From: a virus
Direction: 5' to 3' (one strand)
Virus record (IMG/VR): IMGVR_UViG_3300028393_000001
Location: 32,001 to 96,000 of that record
Length of the DNA: 64,000 nt
The position numbers and the translations under genes were made by a program. Below the pieces are notes generated by a model. It searched no databases, was not told where the DNA came from, and was given only the letters and a program-made list of their open reading frames with translations. Below are positions 47,211-58,394 of this stretch, in pieces. Numbering within the stretch: the first letter of the stretch is position 1; every line of letters begins with the position of its first letter.

Positions 47211-48505
47211 TGCCTAAAGCAATTATATCAAATAAAATTTACCTAGAAACCACAACTGAATTAGCACAGAAGTTAATTAAAACTCTTACTTATAAAATCC
47301 GTAGAAATATTCCTGGTGCTAAAAGTCATTTTATTCAATTTGACATAGTTAAGAATTATAAAGTAATGCCTAAGGGTGTTATGTCTATACCTGTGGGTAG
47401 AATAGATTTAATTCCTGAAGGGTATGAAATTACAGACAAAAGAATAATAAATGAGCTACCATTTCCCAATCCTAAATTTCCACTAAGAGGAAGTCAGCTT
47501 GACGTATATAATAAGGTTGATGATACCTGCTTTATTAATGCAATGGTAGGTTGGGGTAAAACTTTTACTGCCTTACATATTGCTAGAAAATTAGGTCAAA
47601 AAACACTTATAGTATGTCACAATACTATGCTGAGAGATCAATGGATAGAAGAAGTTGAGAAATTATATGAAATGCCTGTTGGAGTTATTGGTTCTGGCAA
47701 ATTTGATATAGATCACTCCATAGTAGTAGGAAACATACAGACTTTAGTAAAGTTAATACCACAAATTGCAAAAGAGTTTGGCACAGTAATAGTTGATGAA
47801 GCCCACCACTGCCCGGCTAGTACTTTTACTGCTTTTATTGATAGTATGCATGCCCGTTATAAAATTGGGCTTAGTGGTACTATGCAACGTAAAGACGGTA
47901 AACAGATATTATTTAAAGACTTCTTTGGTACAAAACTATATCAACCCCCACAAGAAAACACTCTTACTCCCACAGTACAGGTTATTAAAACAGGTATTTC
48001 TCTTTCACCTGGAGAACCTTGGGTTAAAAAAATAAATAATCTATTATACGATCCAGACTATCAACATTTTATAGCTGCTGCTGCTAAAATACAGATTGAT
48101 AAAGGCCACAAAGTCCTTGTTATTGCAGATAGGGTAGAATTTCTTAAACAAGTAGGAGAACTAATTGGTGAAACGTGTGTGTGCATTGTTGGTGGGACAA
48201 CCTTTGAAGAAAGAATCCTACTCAAAGAACAAATTGAATCAGGAGAAAAAAGTTGCATTGCTGGAAGTAGACAGATTTTCTCAGAAGGTATATCAGTCAA
48301 CATCCTTAGCTGTGTAATACTAGCTGTACCAATAGCAAATGACGGTCTATTAGAGCAGATTATTGGACGAATAATGAGACAACATGAAAATAAGTTATCT
48401 CCATTAGTGGTAGATATGATGTTTAGTGGTGCAAGCGACAGAAAGCAAAACAAAGATCGCATAGCATTTTATATGAGAAAGGGTTGGACGATACTAGGCT
48501 TATGA
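47210..48505 (+). CDS. D10-like SF2 helicase
   Basis: GWGKT, DEAHH, SGT and QIIGRIMR motifs. Confidence 0.92.
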   Translation: MPKAIISNKIYLETTTELAQKLIKTLTYKIRRNIPGAKSHFIQFDIVKNYKVMPKGVMSIPVGRIDLIPEGYEITDKRIINELPFPNPKFPLRGSQLDVYNKVDDTCFINAMVGWGKTFTALHIARKLGQKTLIVCHNTMLRDQWIEEVEKLYEMPVGVIGSGKFDIDHSIVVGNIQTLVKLIPQIAKEFGTVIVDEAHHCPASTFTAFIDSMHARYKIGLSGTMQRKDGKQILFKDFFGTKLYQPPQENTLTPTVQVIKTGISLSPGEPWVKKINNLLYDPDYQHFIAAAAKIQIDKGHKVLVIADRVEFLKQVGELIGETCVCIVGGTTFEERILLKEQIESGEKSCIAGSRQIFSEGISVNILSCVILAVPIANDGLLEQIIGRIMRQHENKLSPLVVDMMFSGASDRKQNKDRIAFYMRKGWTILGL

Positions 48506-48562
48506 AAAATACACTTGCAAACGTATTCCAATAATGCTATAATATGTATTCCAGCGATAATT

Positions 48563-48943
48563 ATGGCTTTGTTCTTTAACTTAAAAACTCTTGAACAACA
48601 ATCAAATGGTGATAGTAGTAGTTTTATGGCAATGCTAGAGTATCATTACTCTAAAAGATTACCTTATAAATATTCTAAACATAAACCTAGTAAAGTATCA
48701 CTGGCTGGTAACTGTTTTATTTTAAATCCAGAGGCACTATTTGCGGACAAACCAACAGATATATTATTTAAAATCCAATATATCAAACTAGCTGCTAGGC
48801 GTGACTATAATTTATATAAACAGTACAATTATCGGGCACTACAAAAATCATACTACCCTGATATAGACTATACTTCAATCAAATACAATCCGTTATTAAT
48901 AATAACAAATACAGAGATACTCTTTAAATACGAGGAAAATTAA
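48563..48943 (+). CDS. Conserved T5-like hypothetical protein
   Basis: Synteny between D10 and D11. Confidence 0.65.
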   Translation: MALFFNLKTLEQQSNGDSSSFMAMLEYHYSKRLPYKYSKHKPSKVSLAGNCFILNPEALFADKPTDILFKIQYIKLAARRDYNLYKQYNYRALQKSYYPDIDYTSIKYNPLLIITNTEILFKYEEN

Positions 48944-48946
48944 AAA

Positions 48947-49594
48947 ATGGCATTAGCTTTTTCACAAACCAAAGGTAAAGCAATCAAAAAATCTTTTGAT
49001 GCTTATGAATATAAGGACGGAGAAAACACTGTTCGAATTGTTGGAGGTATTTTACCTCGCTATGTTTACTGGCTCAAAGGCACAAATGCTAAGGATATTC
49101 CAGTTGAATGCTTAGCATTTGACCGCGAAGCTGAAAAGTTCAACAACAAGGAATATGATCATGTTCCTGACTACTTCTCAGATAAAAAATGTTCTTGGTC
49201 TTATAGCACAAATTGCATCGATCTAAAAGACGGTAAAGTCAAAATCTTAAACTTGAAAAAGAAATTGTTTGAACAAATTTGTCAAGCAGCAGAAGATTTA
49301 GGCGACCCTACTGATACAGATAGTGGATGGGATGTAGTATTTAAACGTGTTAAGACTGGCCCCCTGCCTTTCAACGTTGAATATACTCTTTCAGTTCTAC
49401 GTTGCAAAAAGCGGGCACTTACTGAAGCTGAAATAGAGGCTGCAACAGCTTCTGAGAGTATCGATGTGAAATATCCTCGTCAAACTCCAGAAGAGGTAAA
49501 AGCCACACTGGAGCGTATCTTGAAGGGCCCTGCCGGAGAAGAAGCAGCAGACTCAACAACGGATAACGAAGCAGTTAGCGATCTAGCACATTAA
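48947..49594 (+). CDS. D11-like ssDNA-binding protein
   Basis: RYVYW, ECL.FDR and KTGP..NVEY motifs; acidic tail. Confidence 0.85.
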   Translation: MALAFSQTKGKAIKKSFDAYEYKDGENTVRIVGGILPRYVYWLKGTNAKDIPVECLAFDREAEKFNNKEYDHVPDYFSDKKCSWSYSTNCIDLKDGKVKILNLKKKLFEQICQAAEDLGDPTDTDSGWDVVFKRVKTGPLPFNVEYTLSVLRCKKRALTEAEIEAATASESIDVKYPRQTPEEVKATLERILKGPAGEEAADSTTDNEAVSDLAH

Positions 49595-49645
49595 TAAATA
49601 AGCCCCTAAGTATTAGTAACTTAGGGGCTTTTTTCACTATAAATT

Positions 49646-50596
49646 ATGAAAGTTTTATTTACAGCAGATATTCATATTAAACTAGGTCAAAAAAACGTCC
49701 CAATTGATTGGGCTAAAAGCAGGTATGATAAGTTTATAAAACAACTATCTACTCTACAACAAAACTGTGACCTTTTAGTATTAGGCGGCGATATATTTGA
49801 TCGTATGCCAACAATGGATGAATTAGAAGTCTATTTTGACCTTATAGCATCCATTTCAATACCTTGTATTATATATGCAGGGAACCACGAGGCATTAAAG
49901 AAAGACACAACATTCTTTACTAGCCTTAAGCGTAGTACTCAAAGACTTAACTCAAAAGTTACAGTTATAGATGATTATTACTCTTTGGAGAATATGGACT
50001 TTATTCCATATAATAAATTAAAAGATTTTAATCCTAATGATTTTACTGGTAATATTCTTTTTACTCATGTACGTGGCGAAATCCCTCCGCATGTAAAACC
50101 TGAAGTTGACTTAGATGTATTTAATCGCTGGGACGTAGTACTGGCCGGAGACCTACATAGTTATGAGAATTCACAGAGAAACATTTTATATCCTGGCAGC
50201 CCTTGTACTACTAGCTTTCATAGAAATAGAGTTAATACAGGCGTCATCTGTTTTGATACTACTACTCTTCAACATGACTGGGTACATCTCGAACTTCCTC
50301 AGCTAATACGTAAAACTATTAGGGCTGGAGATGAAATGCCTGGCACTGACTACGATCATACCATATACGAAGTTGAAGGTGACATGAGCGAACTGGGCGC
50401 CATGGAGGACAATACGCTTATAGATAAAAAAGTAGTTCGTAGACAAACAGATACTGCTCTTATACTTGATCCTAGTATGACACTAGCTGCAGAATTAACC
50501 GAATACTTACTATATATTTTGCAGCTTCCAGATAATACAGTTCAAGATATAGTACAAATCTTAAACAATAACTTAGATAAGATTACTACAGAATGA
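49646..50596 (+). CDS. D12 / SbcD-Mre11-like nuclease
   Basis: ADIH, GGDIFD, GNHE, GDLH and YPGS motifs. Confidence 0.92.
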   Translation: MKVLFTADIHIKLGQKNVPIDWAKSRYDKFIKQLSTLQQNCDLLVLGGDIFDRMPTMDELEVYFDLIASISIPCIIYAGNHEALKKDTTFFTSLKRSTQRLNSKVTVIDDYYSLENMDFIPYNKLKDFNPNDFTGNILFTHVRGEIPPHVKPEVDLDVFNRWDVVLAGDLHSYENSQRNILYPGSPCTTSFHRNRVNTGVICFDTTTLQHDWVHLELPQLIRKTIRAGDEMPGTDYDHTIYEVEGDMSELGAMEDNTLIDKKVVRRQTDTALILDPSMTLAAELTEYLLYILQLPDNTVQDIVQILNNNLDKITTE

Positions 50597-52401
50597 TTAT
50601 ATTTAAAGAAATTAGATGGAGTAATGCTTTCTCATATGGACCTAATAATGTAATTAAATTAGACAGTGCTCCATTAACACAAATTGTTGGTAAGAATGGA
50701 CACGGCAAAAGTTCTATAGCTTTAATTCTTGAAGAAGTCCTTTACAACCAAAACTCCAAAAAAATAAAGAAAGCAGATATACTTAATAGATACACATCTG
50801 ATAAAACCTACTCAATAGAGTTAGATTTTAATAAAGATGGTGCAGACTATACAGTAAAAACATCAAGAACCAATGCATCTACCTCTGTAAAATTGCTAAG
50901 AGACAGTGTAGATATTAGCAGTCATACTGCCACTAACACCTATAAAGCCATAGAAACTATAATTGGTTTTGATCATAAAACTTTTAGTCAAATAGTTTAT
51001 CAAAGTAGTGTTTCTAGTTTAGAATTTTTAACAGCAACAGATACGGCAAGAAAGAAGTTTTTAATAGAATTATTAAATCTATCTATGTATACCAAAGCTT
51101 CTGAGTGTTTCAAAGAACTTACCTCAGATATGAATAAGAAAGTAGATGCTATTCAAGCCAAACTTTCAACTGTACGTAGTTGGTTATCTAAATATGAAAA
51201 AGAAGATTTATCACTTAAAGAACTAGAAGAAGAAATAGAGCCGCCAACAGAACAAACTTCTAAATTAACTTTATTAAAACACGAATTATTAAATATAGAG
51301 ACTACTAATAAAAAGATTGTGCAAAATAACACGTACAAACAGATTATTAATAGTATAGTACTTGATGACCCTGCTCCACCTTCTATAGATGATAGCTTCC
51401 TTAATGCTTTAAAAGTAGAATTATCTAGCAAAGACTCAAAACTTAGGGAAGGTACGACTTTATCTAAAAAGTGTCTAGGTCCTACTATTAAGTGTCCAAC
51501 TTGTTCTCAAGATATGGATAACAGCACTATGTTTACCCTAGTAGAACAATTCAAAATAGACAAAATATCCCTTGAAAAAGATATTAAAGGTCTAAATGCA
51601 AAAATAGAGACCTCTGAGAGTATTATTTCTAAGTATAAAGCACACCAGAAAAAAGTAATTGAGTGGGAAAAGTACTATGCTTTAATAGATAACGATCTAA
51701 CTAGTGAGTTATTAAATAAAGACGAACTATCTAGTAAGATTATTGGATTAGAAAAATCTATAAATGAAGTTAATAGTGCGATTACTAAAATTAGAACTAA
51801 GAATAAGAGTGTTAATGAACATAACTCTAAGGTAATAGTTATTAGTAGTCAAATGGCTGATATGAGAGAAGAATTAGCAGAATACTCTACAGAATTATCA
51901 AAATATACAGCAGAGTTATCTAATTTACAAGTATTAGTTAAAGCGTTCTCTACTACTGGATTAGTAGCATATAAGATCGAGTGTTTAGTCAAAGATCTAG
52001 AAAGTCTTACTAACGAATACTTAGCCGAGTTAGCTGATGGTAGATTTCAGTTAGCATTTAAAATAGCTTCTTCGGATAAACTAAATGTTGTTATTATTGA
52101 CAATAGTCATGACGTGGATATCCTTGCTCTTTCTAGTGGTGAGCGTGCTCGCGTTAATGTGGCTACTTTGCTTGCTATTCGTAAACTTATGCAGACTTTA
52201 TCTAACTCGCGTACTAATCTTCTTATCCTCGACGAAACAGTGGAAAATCTTGATGCAGAAGGTAAAGAAAAGTTGATTGAAGTTCTCTTAAAAGAAGAAA
52301 GCTTAAATACTTTCTTAATATCTCACGGATTTACGCATCCTCTACTAGAAAAACTACAGGTGCTTAAACAGCGCAATATGTCAAGGATAGATAATGGTTG
52401 A
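50593..52401 (+). CDS. D13 / SbcC-Rad50-like ATPase
   Basis: GKNGHGKS, CPTC zinc hook, LSSGE and LDE motifs. Confidence 0.93.
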   Translation: MIIFKEIRWSNAFSYGPNNVIKLDSAPLTQIVGKNGHGKSSIALILEEVLYNQNSKKIKKADILNRYTSDKTYSIELDFNKDGADYTVKTSRTNASTSVKLLRDSVDISSHTATNTYKAIETIIGFDHKTFSQIVYQSSVSSLEFLTATDTARKKFLIELLNLSMYTKASECFKELTSDMNKKVDAIQAKLSTVRSWLSKYEKEDLSLKELEEEIEPPTEQTSKLTLLKHELLNIETTNKKIVQNNTYKQIINSIVLDDPAPPSIDDSFLNALKVELSSKDSKLREGTTLSKKCLGPTIKCPTCSQDMDNSTMFTLVEQFKIDKISLEKDIKGLNAKIETSESIISKYKAHQKKVIEWEKYYALIDNDLTSELLNKDELSSKIIGLEKSINEVNSAITKIRTKNKSVNEHNSKVIVISSQMADMREELAEYSTELSKYTAELSNLQVLVKAFSTTGLVAYKIECLVKDLESLTNEYLAELADGRFQLAFKIASSDKLNVVIIDNSHDVDILALSSGERARVNVATLLAIRKLMQTLSNSRTNLLILDETVENLDAEGKEKLIEVLLKEESLNTFLISHGFTHPLLEKLQVLKQRNMSRIDNG

Positions 52402-52846
52402 TAGTAGAGAAAAAGGCGCCAGGGCTGAAACATTAGCTAGAGACGCTCTTAGAAAACTATCTAAATTACAATGGGAAAGAACGCCAGGATCTGGCGCTCT
52501 TGACCCTAAACATTTGCTAAAAGGTGACTTGTACATACCTGGTGAGAAAAATCTTTATGTAGTAGAAGTAAAACATTACGCAGAAGATCATCTTACTAGT
52601 GCCTTATTAACCCATAAAAAGCCGCAATTTTTTGAGTGGTGGGAGCAGGCGGTAAGGCAGGGTAAGCAAGTAAAACAAAAACCTTTACTTATATTTAAAT
52701 TTGATAGATCTAAGCTATTCGTAGGGTATGAGGATATACCTTCTGGCGTATACAACTATATGTTTGTAAATGCCCATGGGTACGAAGTATATATTAGTCT
52801 CCTAGAAGATTGGTATGAGAACGAGCAACCAAAATTTATCGCTTGA
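52394..52846 (+). CDS. D14-like PD-(D/E)xK nuclease (resolvase-like)
   Basis: SREKGAR.E, GD and EVK motifs. Confidence 0.85.
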   Translation: MVDSREKGARAETLARDALRKLSKLQWERTPGSGALDPKHLLKGDLYIPGEKNLYVVEVKHYAEDHLTSALLTHKKPQFFEWWEQAVRQGKQVKQKPLLIFKFDRSKLFVGYEDIPSGVYNYMFVNAHGYEVYISLLEDWYENEQPKFIA

Positions 52847-52877
52847 CAAAGGTCACTAGATTTGGTATAATATACAC

Positions 52878-53741
52878 ATGACAAAAACATTTGAACAACT
52901 AAACCAGTCTGACCCTAAATCGTTAATGATTTTGGATTCCCTAAACCTTGCCTTTCGCTATAAGCATTCAAAGGCAGTAGATTTTGCCACAGATTATATG
53001 CGGACTGTTGAAAGTCTCCAGAAATCTTACAAAACTAAAAAACTTATTATTGCAGGTGATATGGGCGCTAGTTCATATCGCAAAGCTCTTTACCCTCTCT
53101 ACAAACAGAATCGCAAAGATAAGTATGCGAATCAAACTGAGGAAGAGGCTGCTGAGTTTGAGGCATTCTTTGAAGAAGTACAAGTTATCCTTTCAACATA
53201 CGAAGATGAAGGTAAGTTTCCTGTTGTGCGTTTCCCAAATGTAGAAGCAGATGATATTGCCGCTTACATAGTATCAAAACGTAAAAAGTATAGTATTAAT
53301 CAAGTATGGTTAGTATCATCTGACAAAGATTGGGACTTGCTAGTAGCTCCTGGAGTTTCACGTTTCTCATACGTTACTCGCAAAGAGATAACTCATGATA
53401 ACTGGGATACACATTACGAGTGTACACAAGATGAGTATATTTCTATTAAATGCCTTATGGGTGACTCAGGCGACAATGTTGTGGGCGTTCCTGGTGTGGG
53501 GCCAAAACGTGCGCTTCAGCTTGTCCAAGATTATGGTAGTGCTTATGACATTATCGCAGCTTTGCCTATCAGTAGTAAGTATAAATATATTACCGCACTT
53601 AATGAGTTCGGTAGTGAAGGTTTAATGCTAAACTACAAATTAATGGATTTAGTTACCCACTGCGAAGAAGCAATTGGTGAAGAAAATTGTAAAAATATTA
53701 ACAAAGTAATGGACTTTTATTTAAATGAAGATATTAGTTAA
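52878..53741 (+). CDS. D15 flap endonuclease / 5'-3' exonuclease
   Basis: YK.NR, EADD, SSDKD and GDSGDNV.GVPGVG motifs. Confidence 0.95.
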   Translation: MTKTFEQLNQSDPKSLMILDSLNLAFRYKHSKAVDFATDYMRTVESLQKSYKTKKLIIAGDMGASSYRKALYPLYKQNRKDKYANQTEEEAAEFEAFFEEVQVILSTYEDEGKFPVVRFPNVEADDIAAYIVSKRKKYSINQVWLVSSDKDWDLLVAPGVSRFSYVTRKEITHDNWDTHYECTQDEYISIKCLMGDSGDNVVGVPGVGPKRALQLVQDYGSAYDIIAALPISSKYKYITALNEFGSEGLMLNYKLMDLVTHCEEAIGEENCKNINKVMDFYLNEDIS

Positions 53742-54159
53742 AACAGATGATAGTAGAGCAGTGCCTTTTAGGGCACACCCTACAGATGCAGGTGCAGACT
53801 TAGTTTCTAATAAAGAGATAGCACTATATCCTGGTGAAACAAAATTAGTAGACACTGGTGTTGCGGTTAAAATTCCTGAGAATTATGTTGGTTTAGTATT
53901 TAACCGATCATCACAGGGTAAAATTCATGTAACTATACCTCATTCAGTTGGAGTAATTGACTCAGACTATCGTGGTAATATTAAAGTCCTATTACAAAAT
54001 AACGGGGAAGACCCCTACTTTATCTCTCGTTATACAACCCGAATTGCACAGCTAGTAGTTGTACCAATAGTTCTTCCTGATTTTAAAGGATGGGATTCAA
54101 CTACTGAGCCTTGGGATGATACTACTAGAGGTGCAGGCGGATTTGGAAGTACTGGTTAA
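53725..54159 (+). CDS. dut: dUTPase
   Basis: AGADL, RSS, GVIDSDYRG and RG.GGFGSTG motifs. Confidence 0.96.
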   Translation: MKILVKTDDSRAVPFRAHPTDAGADLVSNKEIALYPGETKLVDTGVAVKIPENYVGLVFNRSSQGKIHVTIPHSVGVIDSDYRGNIKVLLQNNGEDPYFISRYTTRIAQLVVVPIVLPDFKGWDSTTEPWDDTTRGAGGFGSTG

Positions 54160-54176
54160 TTAAAAAAGGAAATAAA

Positions 54177-54431
54177 ATGATTAAACTTAAATATAAAGAA
54201 GATGGTAGTATTACACTTAAAGGTCTAAATGAGTATCACTTAGACCTTATTGCAGTTTTGGTTAATAGCGTGCGACTGGGCGACGAAACCCCTAGTTCTC
54301 AAGCCGCTTTTGACTTATGTGAGTTCTTTGAACAGGAACAATTCCCTGAAGAAGAAATCGAATTAGTAGTTGTTAATAATAAAAACGACAAACACATTGA
54401 AGATTTTACCTTAGAAGTAAATCAGTTATAA
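54177..54431 (+). CDS. Hypothetical protein (paralog of 15506..15742)
   Basis: LKGL...VRLG motif. Confidence 0.65.
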   Translation: MIKLKYKEDGSITLKGLNEYHLDLIAVLVNSVRLGDETPSSQAAFDLCEFFEQEQFPEEEIELVVVNNKNDKHIEDFTLEVNQL

Positions 54432-54624
54432 TCAGAAAGAAGTAAATGAGCCATTATACAGTAATAGTAGAAGAAGATCCAGAAACAAAGGATTTACTAC
54501 TCCAACTTCCTGAAGAAGTTTTAGCAGAACTAAAATTAGTTGAAGGAGACGTTCTTAATTGGGAAGATGCAGGTGGTGGTTCATTTATTTTAACTAAAAA
54601 GTTAAAAACTTTAGAAGGGGAATA

Positions 54625-56589
54625 ATGACGGTCTCAACAAGAGCACAAGTAATTACACGCAGAACATACAACAGACCTTTATCAGATGACGGAAAAACTT
54701 TTGAAACTTGGCAGGAGACAGTTTCAAGAGTAATAGACCACCAACAATGGTTATGGGAACGAGCAGCCCGTAGAGAATTAACAGACCTAGAGTTTGCTGA
54801 ACTATATGATTTAGAACAGCTAATGTTAGATCGTAAAGTTTCTATGAGTGGTCGTTCCCTTTGGCTTGGTGGAACAACAGTTGCACAAAAACGAGAAGCC
54901 TCACAATTTAATTGTAGTTTCACAGAAGTTGAAACAGTATACGATGTAGTAGATTGTTTATGGTTACTTCTACAAGGTTGCGGTGTTGGGTTTAAACCCG
55001 TAGTTGGAACACTAAATGGTTTTTCGAAACCTATTAAAAATATTAGAGTAGTACGCAGTACTCGTACCGCAAAAGGCGGAAGTGAACATAATACAGAAAC
55101 TTGGGATAGTGATACTAAAACGTGGACTATTCAAGTAGGTGATTCAGCAGAAGCTTGGGCAAAGTCAGTAGGTAAACTAATGGCAGGTAAGTATCCTGCA
55201 AAAGAGTTAGTTTTAGACTTCAGTCAACTACGTCCTGCTGGCGAAAGATTAAAAGGATATGGTTGGATTTCTAGTGGCGATAGTGCTATTAGTACTGCCT
55301 ACCTAGCTATTGCTAAAATTCTTAATGGTAGATCTGATAGCCTTCTTACAAGAATGGATATCATGGATATTATTAACTGGCTTGGTACTATCCTATCTAG
55401 CCGCCGTTCTGCTGAAATTGCTCTTTTTGAGTATGGGCAACCTGAGTGGGAAGAATTTGCTACAGCTAAAAAAGATTGGTGGCTGCATAATAACTCGCAT
55501 AGGCAGCAATCAAACAATAGCTTAGTTTTTAAGGAAAAACCCTTATATGTTGACTTACGAAAAATCTTTGATCTTATGGAAGACGCTGGAGGATCCGAGC
55601 CAGGGTTCATTAATGCAGTGGAAGCTACTAGAAGAGCACCATGGTTTGCAGGATGCAATCCCTGTGTCGAAATCCTACTGGGAAATAAGTCCTTCTGTAA
55701 TCTCACTGAAACCGACATCGGCAAATTTAAAGGGGATACCGCAGGATTACACGAAGCTATTAGGCTTGCCGCCCGTGCAAACTACAGGCAAACTTGCGTT
55801 AATTTAAATGACGGAATCCTTCAGGAGAGTTGGCATCTCAATAATTATTTCCTTCGTCTGTGTGGAGTTGGCCTTACTGGTATTGCCAAACGCCCTGATA
55901 TGGGCGGTTATGATTACGAATACCTCAAGCGTACTGCTACCGCTGCTGCCATTGGTATGGCTGACGAGCTTGACCTTCCTAGCCCAAAAAACATAACCTG
56001 TGTTAAGCCTTCGGGAACTCTTTCAAAGATCATGGATACTACCGAGGGAATTCACAAGCCTTTAGGTAAGTACATTTTTAATAATGTTCAGTTTAGTAAG
56101 TATGACCCAGTAGTTGATAAACTACGGGCTGCTAACTATAATGTTATTAATCATCCTACCGATGACTCAGGTGTATTAATTACTTTTCCAGTAAGATGGG
56201 ATGACGTTCCCTTTCACAAAGTGAACGGCAAAGAGGTAAATTTAGACTCCGCAATAGAACAACTAGAAAAATACAAATTAATCCAGACCAGCTGGACTCA
56301 GCAGAACACTTCTGTAACTATCTCCTATGGCTTAAATGAAGTAGAAGAAATTATTAAGTGGCTGCTAAATAACTGGGATTGTTATGTAGGTGTTAGTTTT
56401 ATTTATCGTACTGACCCTAGTATGACAGCTAAAGATCTTGGGTACTTATATCTTCCACAAGAAGTAGTAAGTGAACAAGATTATAACGACTACGTTAAAC
56501 TTCTTCAACCCGTTAGTCTAGAGGATACAAATAGTTTCGATGAAATTGTAGCTGAAGACTGCTCAACTGGAAGTTGTCCCATTAAATGA
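54625..56589 (+). CDS. nrdJ: Class II (B12-dependent) ribonucleotide reductase
   Basis: RTY.R, FNCSF, GCGVGF, NPCVEI, CNL, VKPSGT and C-terminal C....CP motifs; no beta subunit next to it. Confidence 0.9.
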   Translation: MTVSTRAQVITRRTYNRPLSDDGKTFETWQETVSRVIDHQQWLWERAARRELTDLEFAELYDLEQLMLDRKVSMSGRSLWLGGTTVAQKREASQFNCSFTEVETVYDVVDCLWLLLQGCGVGFKPVVGTLNGFSKPIKNIRVVRSTRTAKGGSEHNTETWDSDTKTWTIQVGDSAEAWAKSVGKLMAGKYPAKELVLDFSQLRPAGERLKGYGWISSGDSAISTAYLAIAKILNGRSDSLLTRMDIMDIINWLGTILSSRRSAEIALFEYGQPEWEEFATAKKDWWLHNNSHRQQSNNSLVFKEKPLYVDLRKIFDLMEDAGGSEPGFINAVEATRRAPWFAGCNPCVEILLGNKSFCNLTETDIGKFKGDTAGLHEAIRLAARANYRQTCVNLNDGILQESWHLNNYFLRLCGVGLTGIAKRPDMGGYDYEYLKRTATAAAIGMADELDLPSPKNITCVKPSGTLSKIMDTTEGIHKPLGKYIFNNVQFSKYDPVVDKLRAANYNVINHPTDDSGVLITFPVRWDDVPFHKVNGKEVNLDSAIEQLEKYKLIQTSWTQQNTSVTISYGLNEVEEIIKWLLNNWDCYVGVSFIYRTDPSMTAKDLGYLYLPQEVVSEQDYNDYVKLLQPVSLEDTNSFDEIVAEDCSTGSCPIK

Positions 56590-56666
56590 GGTATTAAAAT
56601 TTAGTATTGTATAAATCATGTCCTTGTGTTATAATAATTTTTATATTATTTAATTGGGCATGATTT

Positions 56667-57362
56667 ATGGCTTCAGGTATTTACTTATTAAGATTTTCAA
56701 ACGGTAGTATATATATTGGGCAGTCAGTTAATATTTATGGACGGTATAAGGCACACTGTAATAAATTAATTAAAGGTACTCATATAAATTCAAAAATGTC
56801 TATAGCGTATACTAAATACGGAATACCTTCTCTAGAAATTTTAATAGAGTGTCTTAAAGATGAACTAGATGCTAATGAAATAGCTGCAATTGAGGTTTTT
56901 GATAGTATTAATAATGGATTAAATATATCTCCTGCAGCAGGAGAGTTTCCTATATTAAATGGAGAATATAATGGCTCATCTAAGTATAGAGATAGCGATA
57001 TTATACTAATAGTAGAATATCTGGTTGCAAATTTAGAGCAGCCACTTAAACTATCAGCTTCTATATTAGGTATGCATTATTCTACAATTAAAAATATTGC
57101 TAATGGTACATCTCATAGATGGTTAATGGAAAGAATACCTGAAAGTTATAATAAATTAATAGCATTTAAAGGTAAACGTAGTATAAATACTAGTAAAGGA
57201 AAAGGGCTTAATTATAATATACTAAGTCCAGATAATATAATATATCCTATAACAAATATAATTACTTTTTCCAAAGAACATTCCCTTAATGCAGGTGCAT
57301 TAGGGGAAGTATTAAGAGGTAATACTCTTCAACATAAAGGCTGGAAATCTCCGCCTATTTAA
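56667..57362 (+). mobile_element. Free-standing GIY-YIG homing endonuclease
   Basis: SGIY...YIGQS...R...H; AT-rich; C-terminal HKGW. Confidence 0.85.
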
Positions 57363-57573
57363 TTAATAAAAATAAATGGAACCACAAAAATAATATGACA
57401 ACAGAAGAAAATACTACTCCACAAACATACTCCTTCTTATTCACACAGGAAGAAGCAAATATTATTCTTAATGCTTTAGCAGAACTACCTTTCAAGGTAT
57501 CTAATCCATTAATTGCTAATATGATTAAACAATTCCAAGAGCATACGCAATTAGCTAACGAAGAATAAAAAAT

Positions 57574-57608
57574 AAAGCCCCTAAATCTTGCGATTTAGGG
57601 GCTTTTTG
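57574..57608. terminator. Bidirectional terminator at the early/late convergence
   Basis: AAAGCCCCTAAATC/GATTTAGGGGCTTT. Confidence 0.9.
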
Positions 57609-57917
57609 CATTTAAGCTTTTACAAATGTTTCAAATTCTTCTATGAGCATACTAATTGCTTCTTTGCCTGTTTCAGATTTAAAGTAAGCATCCATTTTAT
57701 CCAAATTTTTGGAAATAAATACTTGCTGGGGTTGGGTTAGTGCTTTCCCAAAACTTTGATAAGTGCTTTCAAATAATGATAACATTTTTTGAGCTTGTGC
57801 CATATTATTATTAATATTAGGCATTATCATTTGAGGGGAAATAAGTTTAAGTAATTGTTCCAGCATTATTTTTCCATATAAAAAGGTAGATGTTCTAATT
57901 TGTACATAATTTATCCT

Positions 57918-58388
57918 TTAATTATTATTTGCCATTATATTCCACTGTGTGCCGTCAAATATTACTATAATTCCTTTATTTATTTCTAAATTTTGTGTTG
58001 AATTACCATCTATTTTTTGACCGCTAGTACCAGTAACACTAATATTACCGGTAACCTGAGTTTTTATTGCATATGTTTTACCTAATACACCCAATGGTAG
58101 GGTAATTGTAATATCTTTTTTAGTTGCAGCGATAAAGTAATCGTTAGCAGTAGCAGTATAATTAATAGAAGTTAATTTTACAGTCTGTAAATTGTTAGTA
58201 GTTGCGCTTAATACACCTAAAGATGTAATGGACAAACCGCTACCGACTTGAATAATGCCTAAACTAGTAGTAGTTGCTATATCAGATTCCAGCGAATAAT
58301 CAAATACGCCAGAACTACTTTCACTAGGTACAGCTGGGACTCTTTTTAGTCCACGCCCAGGTTGGACTGGTGGTCTACTATAAGCCAT
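57918..58388 (-). CDS. Putative virion/tail accessory protein (repeat-domain family)
   Basis: ITLP.G..G..Y.IK...IDG...FDG.QW domain. Confidence 0.6.
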   Translation of the reverse strand: MAYSRPPVQPGRGLKRVPAVPSESSSGVFDYSLESDIATTTSLGIIQVGSGLSITSLGVLSATTNNLQTVKLTSINYTATANDYFIAATKKDITITLPLGVLGKTYAIKTQVTGNISVTGTSGQKIDGNSTQNLEINKGIIVIFDGTQWNIMANNN

Positions 58389-58394
58389 AATAGT

